DNA from: a virus
Direction: 5' to 3' (one strand)
IMG/VR virus record: IMGVR_UViG_3300017589_000061
Span: 1 to 64,000 of that record
DNA: 64,000 bases
Within the stretch, counting starts at the first letter, position 1. The number at the start of each line of letters is the position of its first letter. Below the pieces are notes generated by a model. The model was not told the DNA's origin, ran no database searches, and saw nothing but the letters and a program-made list of their open reading frames with translations. Shown here piece by piece: positions 29,264 through 39,069 of the stretch. The translations under genes and the position numbers were made by a program.

Positions 29264-31995
29264 TCTTCACACTCCACTTCTACCATATCAAAATAATATC
29301 CGCCAAATTCAATTTCTCCATCTAAATCTTGCATTGGAAAACTCATTTTATTATTATTTTGCTCCAATAAATTCTTGATAAAAGTTTTACCACAGATATC
29401 CCATGCAAACTGTTTGGAATTATTATTTGCATAGCATATATCTAAAACTACATCACATAATTCATCTTCATTTGGGCAAATTATTTCACATTGACTTTTA
29501 AACTCATTCTTTAAAATTTCTCTACTAACTAAATTATCTTCAGATACCATTCTATGTTTTTTCTTTTGTTGTGCGTGTTCCTGTGTCTTTTTTATGTATT
29601 CTTTATATAATTTTTTTATAGAATTAAACGTATTGTTTGAATATCCAACATTTGATTTTAAAATATTATAATCAAAATCAAATTCTTCACTTGTCAGTTT
29701 TAAATATCCATCAAATTTATTTTCAAACTTTTTACAAATTCTATTCATAACACAATCACTTATTCCAACTGGCATATATTTATAATAATTTTCTATAAAT
29801 ATTTTTTGCTCATTAGTGATATCTTTTTTATTTAAAAGTTCGTTTAAGCTTAATCTGTATTCTAATAATAATTTTTTATTAGCATTATTAACGTATGTAT
29901 TGTATAAATTCATTGTCGCAGGATATACATATCTCATAAAGTAAGGTTTTTTATCCGCCAAAATTGATTTATTAAAACTTTTTTCTTTTTTAACTTCATC
30001 AGTATCATATTCTTTTATTTTACAAGAATATTTATCATACCATTCTTTATTTATTGGTTTAGCAACAATCCCTTTTATCTTATCAATTGCATTCTGTTGA
30101 AATAATTGTCCACAAATAATTCTATATTCTAACTCTTTAAACTCTTTGCTATCTTTGCCAAATAGTGCTTGCTTTTCAAACATAGAAGTTATTTTATTGG
30201 TTGTCGAACCTATCTCATCCCCGAAACCATTAATATTAGAAATAACTATATCTTCTTCTGTTGGTATTTTTTTTGTAGCTTGCCTTTGAACACACATTAT
30301 AGCTAGAAGTTTTTTTATATTGTTAACTAATATACTATTATCTGTAGTAAATACAGAATCTGAATCTTTGTCTGCACCATTTAGTGCATGTGTTATAGTG
30401 TCCCATGAATTTAATATTGTTATAGTATTCATATATTTATACCAATATCGCATATCTTCTGTATTTTCAAATATCAATAATCCAATATTATTATGAGATG
30501 TCATTGGCGCACGAAAACATGCTACTTTTTCAACATTTCTATCATTCCAATATTTCGAGTAATATCTATTAGCTTTCAGTAACCCTGTAACTTCTAAACC
30601 GAAAATACTTTGACATAAACTATATGGATCACCAGATATAATTGAATAATTTCCTTTGCATTTAATAACCCCAATTTTAGCATCATCAATTTTCTTTTTT
30701 ATCATTTGGTGAATTTTACTTCTAACAAAAGGATCGTTTATCATTCGTTCATCAATACTTAAAGCTTTTATAAAATCATCGTCGCTTCTAAGAATATCTT
30801 TTTCATTTGCATTTATACCTTTTAAAAACAGCAATGACTTTTTATAATCTAATCCTAAAATATCTTCTATTTCGTCCATTGTTGGTTTAATTAATTCATT
30901 AATTTGTTCATCATTTAAATCGTAACTCTGTATGAACTGATAATTTAAAGTACGTTCATTATCTAATTCTTTTGGAGTAACTTTTGTTATGCTAAAGCTA
31001 TAATGATTTTCTTCACAATGTAGCAAATAATCTTCTATACTTTCATAAGAGTCCCATAATTTTAACATAGAAGTAGTTAATATAACTTCTATATCATTTA
31101 TGTTATGACTATCCCCCCAAGCATCTTTAACCCATTCTTCTTTGGCTATTTGCTTACTGAATTCAATGAAGTCAAATGTAAATAACATTCCCTTACAAAA
31201 ACTATTTCTAATACAAAATCCACTAGGTAAATAATCTTCTCTTAATTCTTTTCCCCAGCGAGATGAACATTCTGGAAGTATTAATCCATAGCCGTCACTA
31301 TCATTTAAAGTAATTTCTTTACCTTCAATATAATTAATTTTAGGATTAATGCTATCAGTATCATCTAACTCTATTACATTAGCTTTAAATTTTGTTTCAC
31401 AATCATTTACTACTAATATACCTTTGGGTAAAGAAACTGGTATTGATGCACTACAAGTTAATGCTTTATAAGCTTCAAGTTTGGCAGGGACTAATTTTTT
31501 ACTTAAATCCCTACCATTTTCAGTTCTTTTATTTATTTTATCATAATATTTTTCATCTATGTATATTATTGTTTCATTTTTAATTCCGCCAGTTGTTCCT
31601 AAAAATCTTTTATACTTAATACCATTAACCGTAAATCCTTTATTTGCTCGATAATATTCTTGTTTTCTATCAATTATTAAGCATAAATAAGCTGATCTAA
31701 ACTGTAAATTATCCAATTGAGTATATAATTTTTTAATATTCCTTTTATTTTCTTGACTAACTGGCAATTTTCTTATTCTTTTTATTTCTTTTTTAATTTC
31801 ATTTACTTTAGCATCTGTATCAGTCATTTCACTTAATTCATCAATCCAACGAAGAACTGAACTTTCTGCTAGGGAAATAACTTCATCATTTTTTCTTGCT
31901 TGTTGTAATGGTAAAATTAAATCCCATTTTGCTTTCTTTAATCTTGTACTATGTATTTTAAAAACAAATTTTTGAACCGCTTGTTGTTTTGCCAT
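29260..31995 (-). CDS. yonO: YonO-like single-subunit DNA-dependent RNA polymerase (RdRP-like two-barrel fold)
   Basis: SDGYGLI, IRNSFCKGML and FRAPMT motifs; catalytic GADKDSD; IDKIKG; SPbeta-like context. Confidence 0.88.
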   Translation of the reverse strand: MAKQQAVQKFVFKIHSTRLKKAKWDLILPLQQARKNDEVISLAESSVLRWIDELSEMTDTDAKVNEIKKEIKRIRKLPVSQENKRNIKKLYTQLDNLQFRSAYLCLIIDRKQEYYRANKGFTVNGIKYKRFLGTTGGIKNETIIYIDEKYYDKINKRTENGRDLSKKLVPAKLEAYKALTCSASIPVSLPKGILVVNDCETKFKANVIELDDTDSINPKINYIEGKEITLNDSDGYGLILPECSSRWGKELREDYLPSGFCIRNSFCKGMLFTFDFIEFSKQIAKEEWVKDAWGDSHNINDIEVILTTSMLKLWDSYESIEDYLLHCEENHYSFSITKVTPKELDNERTLNYQFIQSYDLNDEQINELIKPTMDEIEDILGLDYKKSLLFLKGINANEKDILRSDDDFIKALSIDERMINDPFVRSKIHQMIKKKIDDAKIGVIKCKGNYSIISGDPYSLCQSIFGLEVTGLLKANRYYSKYWNDRNVEKVACFRAPMTSHNNIGLLIFENTEDMRYWYKYMNTITILNSWDTITHALNGADKDSDSVFTTDNSILVNNIKKLLAIMCVQRQATKKIPTEEDIVISNINGFGDEIGSTTNKITSMFEKQALFGKDSKEFKELEYRIICGQLFQQNAIDKIKGIVAKPINKEWYDKYSCKIKEYDTDEVKKEKSFNKSILADKKPYFMRYVYPATMNLYNTYVNNANKKLLLEYRLSLNELLNKKDITNEQKIFIENYYKYMPVGISDCVMNRICKKFENKFDGYLKLTSEEFDFDYNILKSNVGYSNNTFNSIKKLYKEYIKKTQEHAQQKKKHRMVSEDNLVSREILKNEFKSQCEIICPNEDELCDVVLDICYANNNSKQFAWDICGKTFIKNLLEQNNNKMSFPMQDLDGEIEFGGYYFDMVEVECED

Positions 31996-32028
31996 TCAGT
32001 CACCCCTTGTGCATTTTTTAATTTAATC

Positions 32029-32475
32029 TTAATATTCAAGTTTTGGTAATTTCTTTGCCCACTTAGTTATTTGCTTTGCGTTATCACAAATATCTATCAA
32101 TAATTCATTCATTGATTTTTTATCATCAAATCTTCTTCTTATTGAAACACTATTGTCTTTGTCGTTATATTCAAGAGTATAATCTTTTAAAGTTTTAATG
32201 TTTTCTTTTATATAATCATTGATAATTTCATATCCATAAAACTTAATATAGCTTTGCACCAATCCGCAATGTCCTTCGTGAATATGACCGCTACAGCAAA
32301 ATTCCGTTATATAACCTTTTTTATTTAACTCGATTATTACTGGAACAAATAATTCATCAATTTCCACCAAATCTCCACTACAATTTAATTTAGGACAATA
32401 ATTCCAATCATCATAATAATCAAATTTAACCTTCTCTTTATCAAATAATTCGTAACAATTTAAACAAACCAACAT
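32029..32475 (-). CDS. Zn-binding hypothetical protein
   Basis: CLNC...CP...LNKKGYITEFCCSGH. Confidence 0.6.
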   Translation of the reverse strand: MLVCLNCYELFDKEKVKFDYYDDWNYCPKLNCSGDLVEIDELFVPVIIELNKKGYITEFCCSGHIHEGHCGLVQSYIKFYGYEIINDYIKENIKTLKDYTLEYNDKDNSVSIRRRFDDKKSMNELLIDICDNAKQITKWAKKLPKLEY

Positions 32476-32520
32476 TTTATTTCTCCTTTTTTTAATTTAT
32501 TTTTTCGGGCGATAAAACTC

Positions 32521-32751
32521 CTATTCTATTCGGTTATTCAATACTTTTTCCATAGAATTATAATAATTTAATATGTATTCTATTTCTTCATCTGTTAAAC
32601 AATCTTCACAAACCCATTCATCGTCCAATATCCAAACAGGTTTACTCCATCCGCATCTCCAACAAGTAGGTTTATAATCCATTTCTTTATTAACATAATC
32701 AATACAGCCAACTTTTACATTTTTTCGTTCATTCCCGTATTTGTCTATCAT
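32521..32751 (-). CDS. Small Zn-finger protein
   Basis: CWRC...CEDC. Confidence 0.55.
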   Translation of the reverse strand: MIDKYGNERKNVKVGCIDYVNKEMDYKPTCWRCGWSKPVWILDDEWVCEDCLTDEEIEYILNYYNSMEKVLNNRIE

Positions 32752-32778
32752 TTAATTCTCCTTAATAAATCATTCATT

Positions 32779-33063
32779 TTAAGTCCAATAATCATTTTGT
32801 AACCAATTAAATAATTCTTCTCTGCTCATTTTCTTAACTTCTTTTGGCGAAACTAATGCAATTATTTCTTCGTCTTTCATAAATAAAGCCCTGTTTAATA
32901 ATAAAATATAAGTATCAAGTTTCTTAGTATAATGCCTAGTGTTATAAAAATTAAAACTATTATCAATTTTACTTTGTACATTCAGTATCAATTTTTGATA
33001 AGGTAATAATTTAATATTATAGCTTTGCTCTATAAAATTATAAAATTCTTCATTATTTTTCAT
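32779..33063 (-). CDS. Hypothetical protein
   Basis: ORF with GGAG RBS. Confidence 0.55.
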   Translation of the reverse strand: MKNNEEFYNFIEQSYNIKLLPYQKLILNVQSKIDNSFNFYNTRHYTKKLDTYILLLNRALFMKDEEIIALVSPKEVKKMSREELFNWLQNDYWT

Positions 33064-33156
33064 TTAATCATCATTCTCCTTTTCGCAAACAATCGGTCTT
33101 TTTTCAGAATTTACCCGTTTGTTTAGGGTAATAAAAACATAGTTTTATCTGATATT

Positions 33157-33507
33157 TCAACATTTCTTCTTCTTTTTATTACCTATCATACCACCAATTA
33201 ATTGTAATGATTTATTTTTTACCCATGAATCTTTAGGTAAATCAAAGCCTGTGATTCCCGTCCATCCTTTAAATGCTTCGGCATAACAAATTTTATTTGC
33301 TATGTCAGGATAATCATTTTGAAGTTTAGCTAACTCTTTTCCCCATAGGTCATAAATTCTATCCGTTACTAATTCTACGTCAGTATCATAATACAAATAA
33401 CTATTTATAAGTATTTGTAATCGTCTACGTTGAATTAATTCAGCTATTGGCAATTCTTCATTTGAAAATGATCCGTCATAGTTTATAAACTCTGGCTTAT
33501 ATTCCAT
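33157..33507 (-). CDS. Stand-alone NAD+-dependent ligase domain Ia-like protein
   Basis: NSYLYY...VTDRIYDLW..EL..L...YP matches the Ia motif YY...ISD.EYD....EL. Confidence 0.65.
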   Translation of the reverse strand: MEYKPEFINYDGSFSNEELPIAELIQRRRLQILINSYLYYDTDVELVTDRIYDLWGKELAKLQNDYPDIANKICYAEAFKGWTGITGFDLPKDSWVKNKSLQLIGGMIGNKKKKKC

Positions 33508-33516
33508 TTACTTCTC

Positions 33517-33909
33517 CTAATCCCACAAGCTATAGCAATATTTAGTAAATAATTTCATTCCTTCTTCTAAATTCCCCTGCATAAAATTATATTGATCCAA
33601 TATATTGTCAAAATTATAATTATCATCAACATAATTTTCATCTGCATTTTGGAAATAAATTAACATTTCTTTTAAAATACTTTCCCACTCTTCGCTAGTT
33701 AGTTCTGATGGATAGCTATGCCCAAGCTTAATAAAATCATTTAATATCAATACTATTTTTTCTATTATAGCATCCCCAAATCCCCAAACATCACAATCAT
33801 CATATCCTCGCCAAGCTCTCTGCCAAGCATATTTTAATTCTCGTTTTAAATCTTTTAATCTATTTATGAAACTCATACCTTCGTTTCGTTTCCAAAATCC
33901 TTTTAACAT
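33517..33909 (-). CDS. Conserved phage hypothetical protein
   Basis: AWQRAWRGYDD..W...LWD pattern. Confidence 0.6.
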   Translation of the reverse strand: MLKGFWKRNEGMSFINRLKDLKRELKYAWQRAWRGYDDCDVWGFGDAIIEKIVLILNDFIKLGHSYPSELTSEEWESILKEMLIYFQNADENYVDDNYNFDNILDQYNFMQGNLEEGMKLFTKYCYSLWD

Positions 33910-33919
33910 TTACTCCTCC

Positions 33920-34327
33920 TTATAAAATACGATTTTTATTCGGTTCTGCCAACAACATTTTAGGTTTTTCTGTCCACCAAGTATCAGGACATACTTTAAT
34001 ATCTAAATGATAATCAATACAAAAGTATAAATCTTTTGTATATTCAAATGCTTTATTAATTACTCGACCTAAATAATACGCATAAATTTCTTGTTTCTCG
34101 GGTAATTTGCCAAACATTTCTTGATATTTTTCTAATGGTATAATTATTGATATATCAATATCTCTTGGAACTTCCTTATATAATACAGAACCAACTAAAT
34201 ATACGGGATATCCAAAACTATTAGCTACTTTTTGAGCCGATTCTCTTAATTTTAAAAATGCATTCCATTTCATAGGTTGATAATCAAAACCATGTGGTTC
34301 AGCTTTTCCTAAAATTGGTTCATTCAT
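33920..34327 (-). CDS. Pol-beta superfamily minimal nucleotidyltransferase
   Basis: VYLVGS...RDIDI motif plus a third Asp (LDIKV). Confidence 0.65.
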   Translation of the reverse strand: MNEPILGKAEPHGFDYQPMKWNAFLKLRESAQKVANSFGYPVYLVGSVLYKEVPRDIDISIIIPLEKYQEMFGKLPEKQEIYAYYLGRVINKAFEYTKDLYFCIDYHLDIKVCPDTWWTEKPKMLLAEPNKNRIL

Positions 34328-34682
34328 TATGTAACACTCCTTTTAATTTAATCTTTCTTTGTTCTTCTTTTAATTGATTTATTTCTTTCTGAATCTCTAT
34401 ATATTTTTGCGTTTTGCTTATCTTATATTCTATTTCTTTTTTGCTTACATTTACGACTTTTCCACCATAAACCATATTGCCTTTATATAAAACTAAACTA
34501 TATTTTAAATCTTCACTTAATATCATTAATACATTAAATGTTTTTAATTGATAATATCCGTTTTTATTTTTATAAAATTCAAAATTACCATATAAATTAT
34601 CAATACAATAAAGATATTCTTCTCTATTATGAAGATAAGATTTATAACTTGGTAATATATGAACATATCCTAAAATATCCAT
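34320..34682 (-). CDS. Hypothetical protein
   Basis: ORF with RBS, overlapping the next gene. Confidence 0.5.
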   Translation of the reverse strand: MDILGYVHILPSYKSYLHNREEYLYCIDNLYGNFEFYKNKNGYYQLKTFNVLMILSEDLKYSLVLYKGNMVYGGKVVNVSKKEIEYKISKTQKYIEIQKEINQLKEEQRKIKLKGVLHNE

Positions 34683-34724
34683 TTTTCTACATCCTTTCTT
34701 ATAAAATATGGTATTTATTGCTTT

Positions 34725-34964
34725 TCAATCTTCTATACAATAATTTTTATAATAATTTTCACCATAAAAATCATTCGTTATATTTTGAACCAATATATTA
34801 TTCCCACAAACAGGACATTTTAAATTACAAGTTTGGCTATAAATATATTCTCCTTCATATTCAGTAACCGTACAATCACTTTTAGTAAATCTTAAAACGC
34901 TATTGCATTCATTACATATTATTTTCTTTAAACTGTTATTTCCAAACTCTAAAACTTCTATCAT
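34725..34964 (-). CDS. Zn-ribbon protein
   Basis: CNEC...CPVC; start moved to MIEV after the GAGGTGGAG RBS. Confidence 0.55.
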   Translation of the reverse strand: MIEVLEFGNNSLKKIICNECNSVLRFTKSDCTVTEYEGEYIYSQTCNLKCPVCGNNILVQNITNDFYGENYYKNYCIED

Positions 34965-34989
34965 TTGCTCACCACCTCTCACCCACGCC

Positions 34990-35300
34990 TTACCCTACTA
35001 AGTAAGCTTTTTATGTCATTAAACAGAGCTAAAAAGCACGAAGGGTAGTTGGTTGATTAATTGTTCACCCAAGAAATAACTTTTGTTTTAACCCCTGTTT
35101 TAATGCTTATTTTTTTAGTTTAATTTTTAATATAATCTATTAAACTTATTGCTATAAAAATTAACTTACCTCCCCATCATGAGTACCCCCTAAGTAAGCT
35201 TTTTAACCCCTTATTTAGAGCTAAAACTAACGAAGTATAGCTGGTGGACTTATTACTCATTTAGAAATTAACTTTCGTTTAAAAGTTGTATAAGGGTTAT
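34990..35300. repeat. Two diverged ~120-bp direct repeats; partial inverted copy at 44021-44070
   Basis: Shared CTAAGTAAGCTTTTTA...AGAGCTAAAA...ACGAAG..TAG.TGGT blocks about 190 bp apart. Confidence 0.6.
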
Positions 35301-35305
35301 TTTTA

Positions 35306-35734
35306 TTAATAGGTATTTTTAATCCATTCACATTCAAATTCTGTTTTAAATTCCTTAACATCTTCATCACCTTTATACCTTGTAAACCCAACAACAGAAA
35401 TTGAATATTTCTCGCATAACTCTAATATCTTCATAGTTTCATCTTCATCTATTCTTACTTCGTCAAACAAAATTACTTTCTTGTCTCTGTTTATTCCTCG
35501 TAAATTGTTATACGACTGAATAAATTTTTCAGCAAAGTATTCTATATTTTGATATGACGTAAAAACATAGACCGTATAATCTAACGCCTGTAAAGTTAAG
35601 GCAAGTTCATTTATTAGATAAGTTTTACCTATTCGTCTTATTCTCCCGTTTATAAATCGTATTCCATTTCTATGTATAGCTTCTTCAAATTCATCAAATC
35701 TTTCTTGTTGCCATTTTGTTAAAATTTCAATCAT
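35306..35734 (-). CDS. Small P-loop NTPase-like protein
   Basis: RRIGKT (Walker A-like) and ILFDE (Walker B-like). Confidence 0.5.
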   Translation of the reverse strand: MIEILTKWQQERFDEFEEAIHRNGIRFINGRIRRIGKTYLINELALTLQALDYTVYVFTSYQNIEYFAEKFIQSYNNLRGINRDKKVILFDEVRIDEDETMKILELCEKYSISVVGFTRYKGDEDVKEFKTEFECEWIKNTY

Positions 35735-35738
35735 CTCC

Positions 35739-35945
35739 TTATTTAAAATAACATTTTGTTATAGCCACTACATTCTTCCACCAATCGGCAAATGTTTTTT
35801 TAATTTCACTTTCATATGTATATTCAAATACAATTGAACTACCATCAGCCTTTAAATAATCTGTAAACCCAAATAAATTAAATTCACCATTCACAATGAA
35901 CTGTTCTGGAACTACTATTCGCAATCTTTTATCTATTTCACTCAC
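35739..35945 (-). CDS. Hypothetical protein
   Basis: ORF in the operon; start uncertain. Confidence 0.45.
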   Translation of the reverse strand: MSEIDKRLRIVVPEQFIVNGEFNLFGFTDYLKADGSSIVFEYTYESEIKKTFADWWKNVVAITKCYFK

Positions 35946-35977
35946 CTCCAACCCGATAAAATTATGGTTTTAACTGA

Positions 35978-36196
35978 TTAAAGTTCTGTCACAGCATCAA
36001 TTTCAAATGATACTTGAACTACTACTCTTGCACTTTTGTTAATTTCATTACCATTATAATTAACGTTAAATTTTTGCCCAGTGAAGTATAACATTTTATT
36101 AGCTATCACATCAGGAAAAGTTTCTATTTCGTCAACTAATATTAAATCATCATTATTATTAATAATAAAAAATTTTTCATCTGATTTCAAATTCAT
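35978..36196 (-). CDS. Hypothetical protein
   Basis: AGGAG RBS. Confidence 0.55.
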   Translation of the reverse strand: MNLKSDEKFFIINNNDDLILVDEIETFPDVIANKMLYFTGQKFNVNYNGNEINKSARVVVQVSFEIDAVTEL

Positions 36197-36248
36197 TTTT
36201 TCTCCTTTTAATATAATTTATTAACAATTTTTAATTACTTTTATTTTT

Positions 36249-36470
36249 TTATCTGTATTTACTTGTATCAAAATATGGTTTACTATTAATCATTTTAACT
36301 TCTACAAATTGATTAATCTCATTATTGAGCTTATCGTATAATACTTCAGCAACAAATTCACTCATTATTGATAAAAACTTTTTATGAAACCATTTAATTT
36401 TAGTAATTTTATAGATTTTAAAAAATTTATTTGCTTTATCTAATTGTTTCTCTTGTTTTTCTTTGTCCAA
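36249..36470 (-). CDS. Hypothetical protein
   Basis: AGGA RBS with TTG start. Confidence 0.45.
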   Translation of the reverse strand: MDKEKQEKQLDKANKFFKIYKITKIKWFHKKFLSIMSEFVAEVLYDKLNNEINQFVEVKMINSKPYFDTSKYR

Positions 36471-36520
36471 TATATATATTTTCCTTTCATATAAAATTGT
36501 GTTTTTATTGTTTTTTTAAT

Positions 36521-37084
36521 TTAATTTTCACCATAATTTTGTTCTAAATTAGTAATAAATTTAATTAGCTCTTTTTCATTTTCAATTGCGTAGAACTTAT
36601 CTACAACACCAATACCATTCATCCATTCGTCTACCTTTTTAATACATCTATCTGGATTCCAATAATATGTTGGGAAATCTCCATACATTGTTGATTTTGC
36701 AGTTCCATCCAATATACAACTTCTCAAAGGCTCTGTTTTACTTTGTTTTGCTTTTGCAATTCCAGCAAGTCTTAATAATTTTCCCATAGTTTTAGCCCCA
36801 ATAGATATTTGATAACACTGACCTAAATCACTAAGACTTATATATCCATATTTATGTTCTTCTGCTCGGTGTCTTTTAATTTCTAATTCTCTTAAAGTTT
36901 CATTTTCAGATTTCATTATTTCTACTTCTTTTTTAGTTGTTTCTTGTTCCTCTTTTAATTCATTTAAATCTTTTCTAATTAATATGTATTGTTGTTGCAT
37001 AAATTGGTTTATAATTAACTGTAAGTCATCGTAGTCCATATTTTCAATATTAAAATTATTACTTATACTTGTTAATTCGTTCAT
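36521..37084 (-). CDS. Coiled-coil protein with KilA-C/antirepressor-like C-terminus
   Basis: YISLSDLG....IGAKTMGKLLR pattern; coupled to the ParB-domain gene. Confidence 0.45.
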   Translation of the reverse strand: MNELTSISNNFNIENMDYDDLQLIINQFMQQQYILIRKDLNELKEEQETTKKEVEIMKSENETLRELEIKRHRAEEHKYGYISLSDLGQCYQISIGAKTMGKLLRLAGIAKAKQSKTEPLRSCILDGTAKSTMYGDFPTYYWNPDRCIKKVDEWMNGIGVVDKFYAIENEKELIKFITNLEQNYGEN

Positions 37085-38127
37085 TATTCTATAACCTCCA
37101 CATCTATTATTTCTATTTCATTATCTTTTTTTATATAGTTATTCATTTCGTCTATCCAATTTTGAAATGTATCTAAAATATCTTTTAAATTTCTTTTTAC
37201 TATTTCATCTTCTGAAGCTTCTTGAATTGCTCTTGAATATTTAATAGGTGCAAATTTTCCGTCAAAATAATGCTTAACCTCTACAACTAATCCAGAAAGT
37301 TCTGTTGCTGAATGCATTTGCCTACTCATATTATCTTTCTGTTGAGATAGAGTTTTAATTTGTGATGTTAATTCTTCATATCTTTTAGCATTTTTATCAT
37401 TTAATTCTGCTTTTCTAATAAGTAATTCTTTTTCTTTTATTAAATCGTTTATTTGTGATTGTTTTTCTTCTACTTTACGTTTGTCAGAATAATAATCACT
37501 TGGGACTTTTTCAATTACTGTTGGTGGCTGATTTTTTAATTGTTGATTTTCTTTTTCTAAAGCTTTTTTTTCTTCCATTAAAGTTATATAAGCTTTATTT
37601 GTTGAAATATTACCTTTATCCCACGCATTGAGAATTTCTTCATTTGCATTATCTACTATGTATTTTTCTTTTTCATATTGCTTACCAGAGCCAATTCCAA
37701 GTTTTTGAGCAACTATATCTCTTGTGTTACCCGTTTCTGCTTGTGGAAAATTTTCCGTAAGCAAAGATTTTCCGTTTAATTCAGATTGTCTTTCATTTGC
37801 CTTAACCTTTTCAATTCTTTCTAACCTTCTGGCATAATCAATTCTTTCTTTTTTGCTAAAATCTTTTCTAGTTTCATTTTCCGATATTTCTAAATTTAAT
37901 TGGTGTTCTGCATCTTTTACACTCATTACCCTTACTTCAATTTGTTTATAATCTAATAATTGTAAAGCCTTTAATCTTCTTTCCCCTGCAATTAGTTCTA
38001 ATTCAGGTGTTACTACTGGTGGATTAATTAAACCATTTTCTTTTATATCATCTGCAAGTTCTTGTATATCACCAAAATCTTTTCTTATTCTGTCTCCTGT
38101 TGTTATTTTGCTAATTTCTATTAACAT
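37084..38127 (-). CDS. ParB/Srx N-terminal domain protein with HTH and coiled coil
   Basis: RIRKDFGDIQELA..I..GLINP...IAGERRL; EISENETRKDF. Confidence 0.85.
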   Translation of the reverse strand: MLIEISKITTGDRIRKDFGDIQELADDIKENGLINPPVVTPELELIAGERRLKALQLLDYKQIEVRVMSVKDAEHQLNLEISENETRKDFSKKERIDYARRLERIEKVKANERQSELNGKSLLTENFPQAETGNTRDIVAQKLGIGSGKQYEKEKYIVDNANEEILNAWDKGNISTNKAYITLMEEKKALEKENQQLKNQPPTVIEKVPSDYYSDKRKVEEKQSQINDLIKEKELLIRKAELNDKNAKRYEELTSQIKTLSQQKDNMSRQMHSATELSGLVVEVKHYFDGKFAPIKYSRAIQEASEDEIVKRNLKDILDTFQNWIDEMNNYIKKDNEIEIIDVEVIE

Positions 38128-38151
38128 TAATTTCTCCTTTTTAATTTAATC

Positions 38152-38352
38152 TTAAAATTTACCTTTAATATAATCATTATAAATCTTTGTGTTTTCTTTT
38201 AATATTTCTATGTATATTTCTTCTGGATTACGAAACCAATCGTCTTTCATATATGTATCATCTATAATATCATCTGGATTTTCTTCAAATATCATTTCAT
38301 CACTATATACTAGATTGCCTTCATCATCTCTGTAAGATGATCGACTTTTCAT
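38152..38352 (-). CDS. Small acidic protein
   Basis: First ORF after a strong promoter; AGGAG RBS. Confidence 0.55.
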   Translation of the reverse strand: MKSRSSYRDDEGNLVYSDEMIFEENPDDIIDDTYMKDDWFRNPEEIYIEILKENTKIYNDYIKGKF

Positions 38353-38442
38353 AACTTCTCCTTTCTTTTTTAATTTAATTTTAGAGTCGCAATTGTACTA
38401 CCTACTTATTGATGTTCAGTGTATTGCCTAACTCATATTTAA

Positions 38443-38471
38443 AGTATACCATAATGAAAATAGCTTGTCAA
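38443..38471 (-). promoter_or_regulatory. Strong sigmaA promoter for the leftward operon
   Basis: TTGACA-17-TATACT with extended TG. Confidence 0.8.
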
Positions 38472-38519
38472 GTCTTTTTTTAATTTAATTTATAAATATT
38501 TTAACTTGTTTCTTTACCT

Positions 38520-39005
38520 TATAAAATGTAATATATTATAATAAAACACAGCATCATCTTTATATTTTCTTATCTACTATATTTCTATAATATTATTCAA
38601 TATCTTATTTATTATATATTATTTATATTATCCATAATAGAATCTATAGTGCTATATAGAATATTATCTAGTTTATTATGTATTTTGTTATATATTTTAC
38701 TATAATATTTATTATGCTATTTATTATCTATATTCTTATCTATTATATTATCCATATTCTTTTATATATTATTTTATATATTATTTTTATTTTGTTTTTA
38801 TTATGTATTTTATAATGATTTTAATGTATATAATATTATCTATCTTGTTTTTATATTGATTTTATTTTATATATTATTATATAATTTATTTTATATTCAA
38901 TTATAGTGTTTATTATCTTTTCTATATTATAATTTACTATCTAATATATTATATATCTTATATTGTTTTTATTTTAGAAAATAAATTTATTTTATTATAC
39001 ATAAT
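38520..39005. repeat. Extremely AT-rich degenerate repeat tract; possible centromere of the ParA system
   Basis: Many ATATTAT/TATCTAT/TTTTATA units upstream of parA; no ORFs. Confidence 0.45.
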
Positions 39006-39008
39006 ATA

Positions 39009-39037
39009 TTGCATTTTAGAATATGCTATAGTATAAT
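39009..39037 (+). promoter_or_regulatory. SigmaA promoter of parA
   Basis: TTGCAT-17-TATAAT. Confidence 0.7.
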
Positions 39038-39069
39038 GTAGTTAATAAGATATAAAGGAGAATAATTAT

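Noticed and set aside
395-34867. Plus-strand ORFs antisense to structural and middle genes (e.g. 8635..9072, 13400..13891, 17343..17708)
   Set aside because: Shadow frames of long minus-strand genes, without RBSs or recognisable motifs.
38520-39005. Possible CRISPR array in the AT-rich tract
   Set aside because: No constant repeat with unique spacers; no CRISPR array or cas gene was seen in the window.
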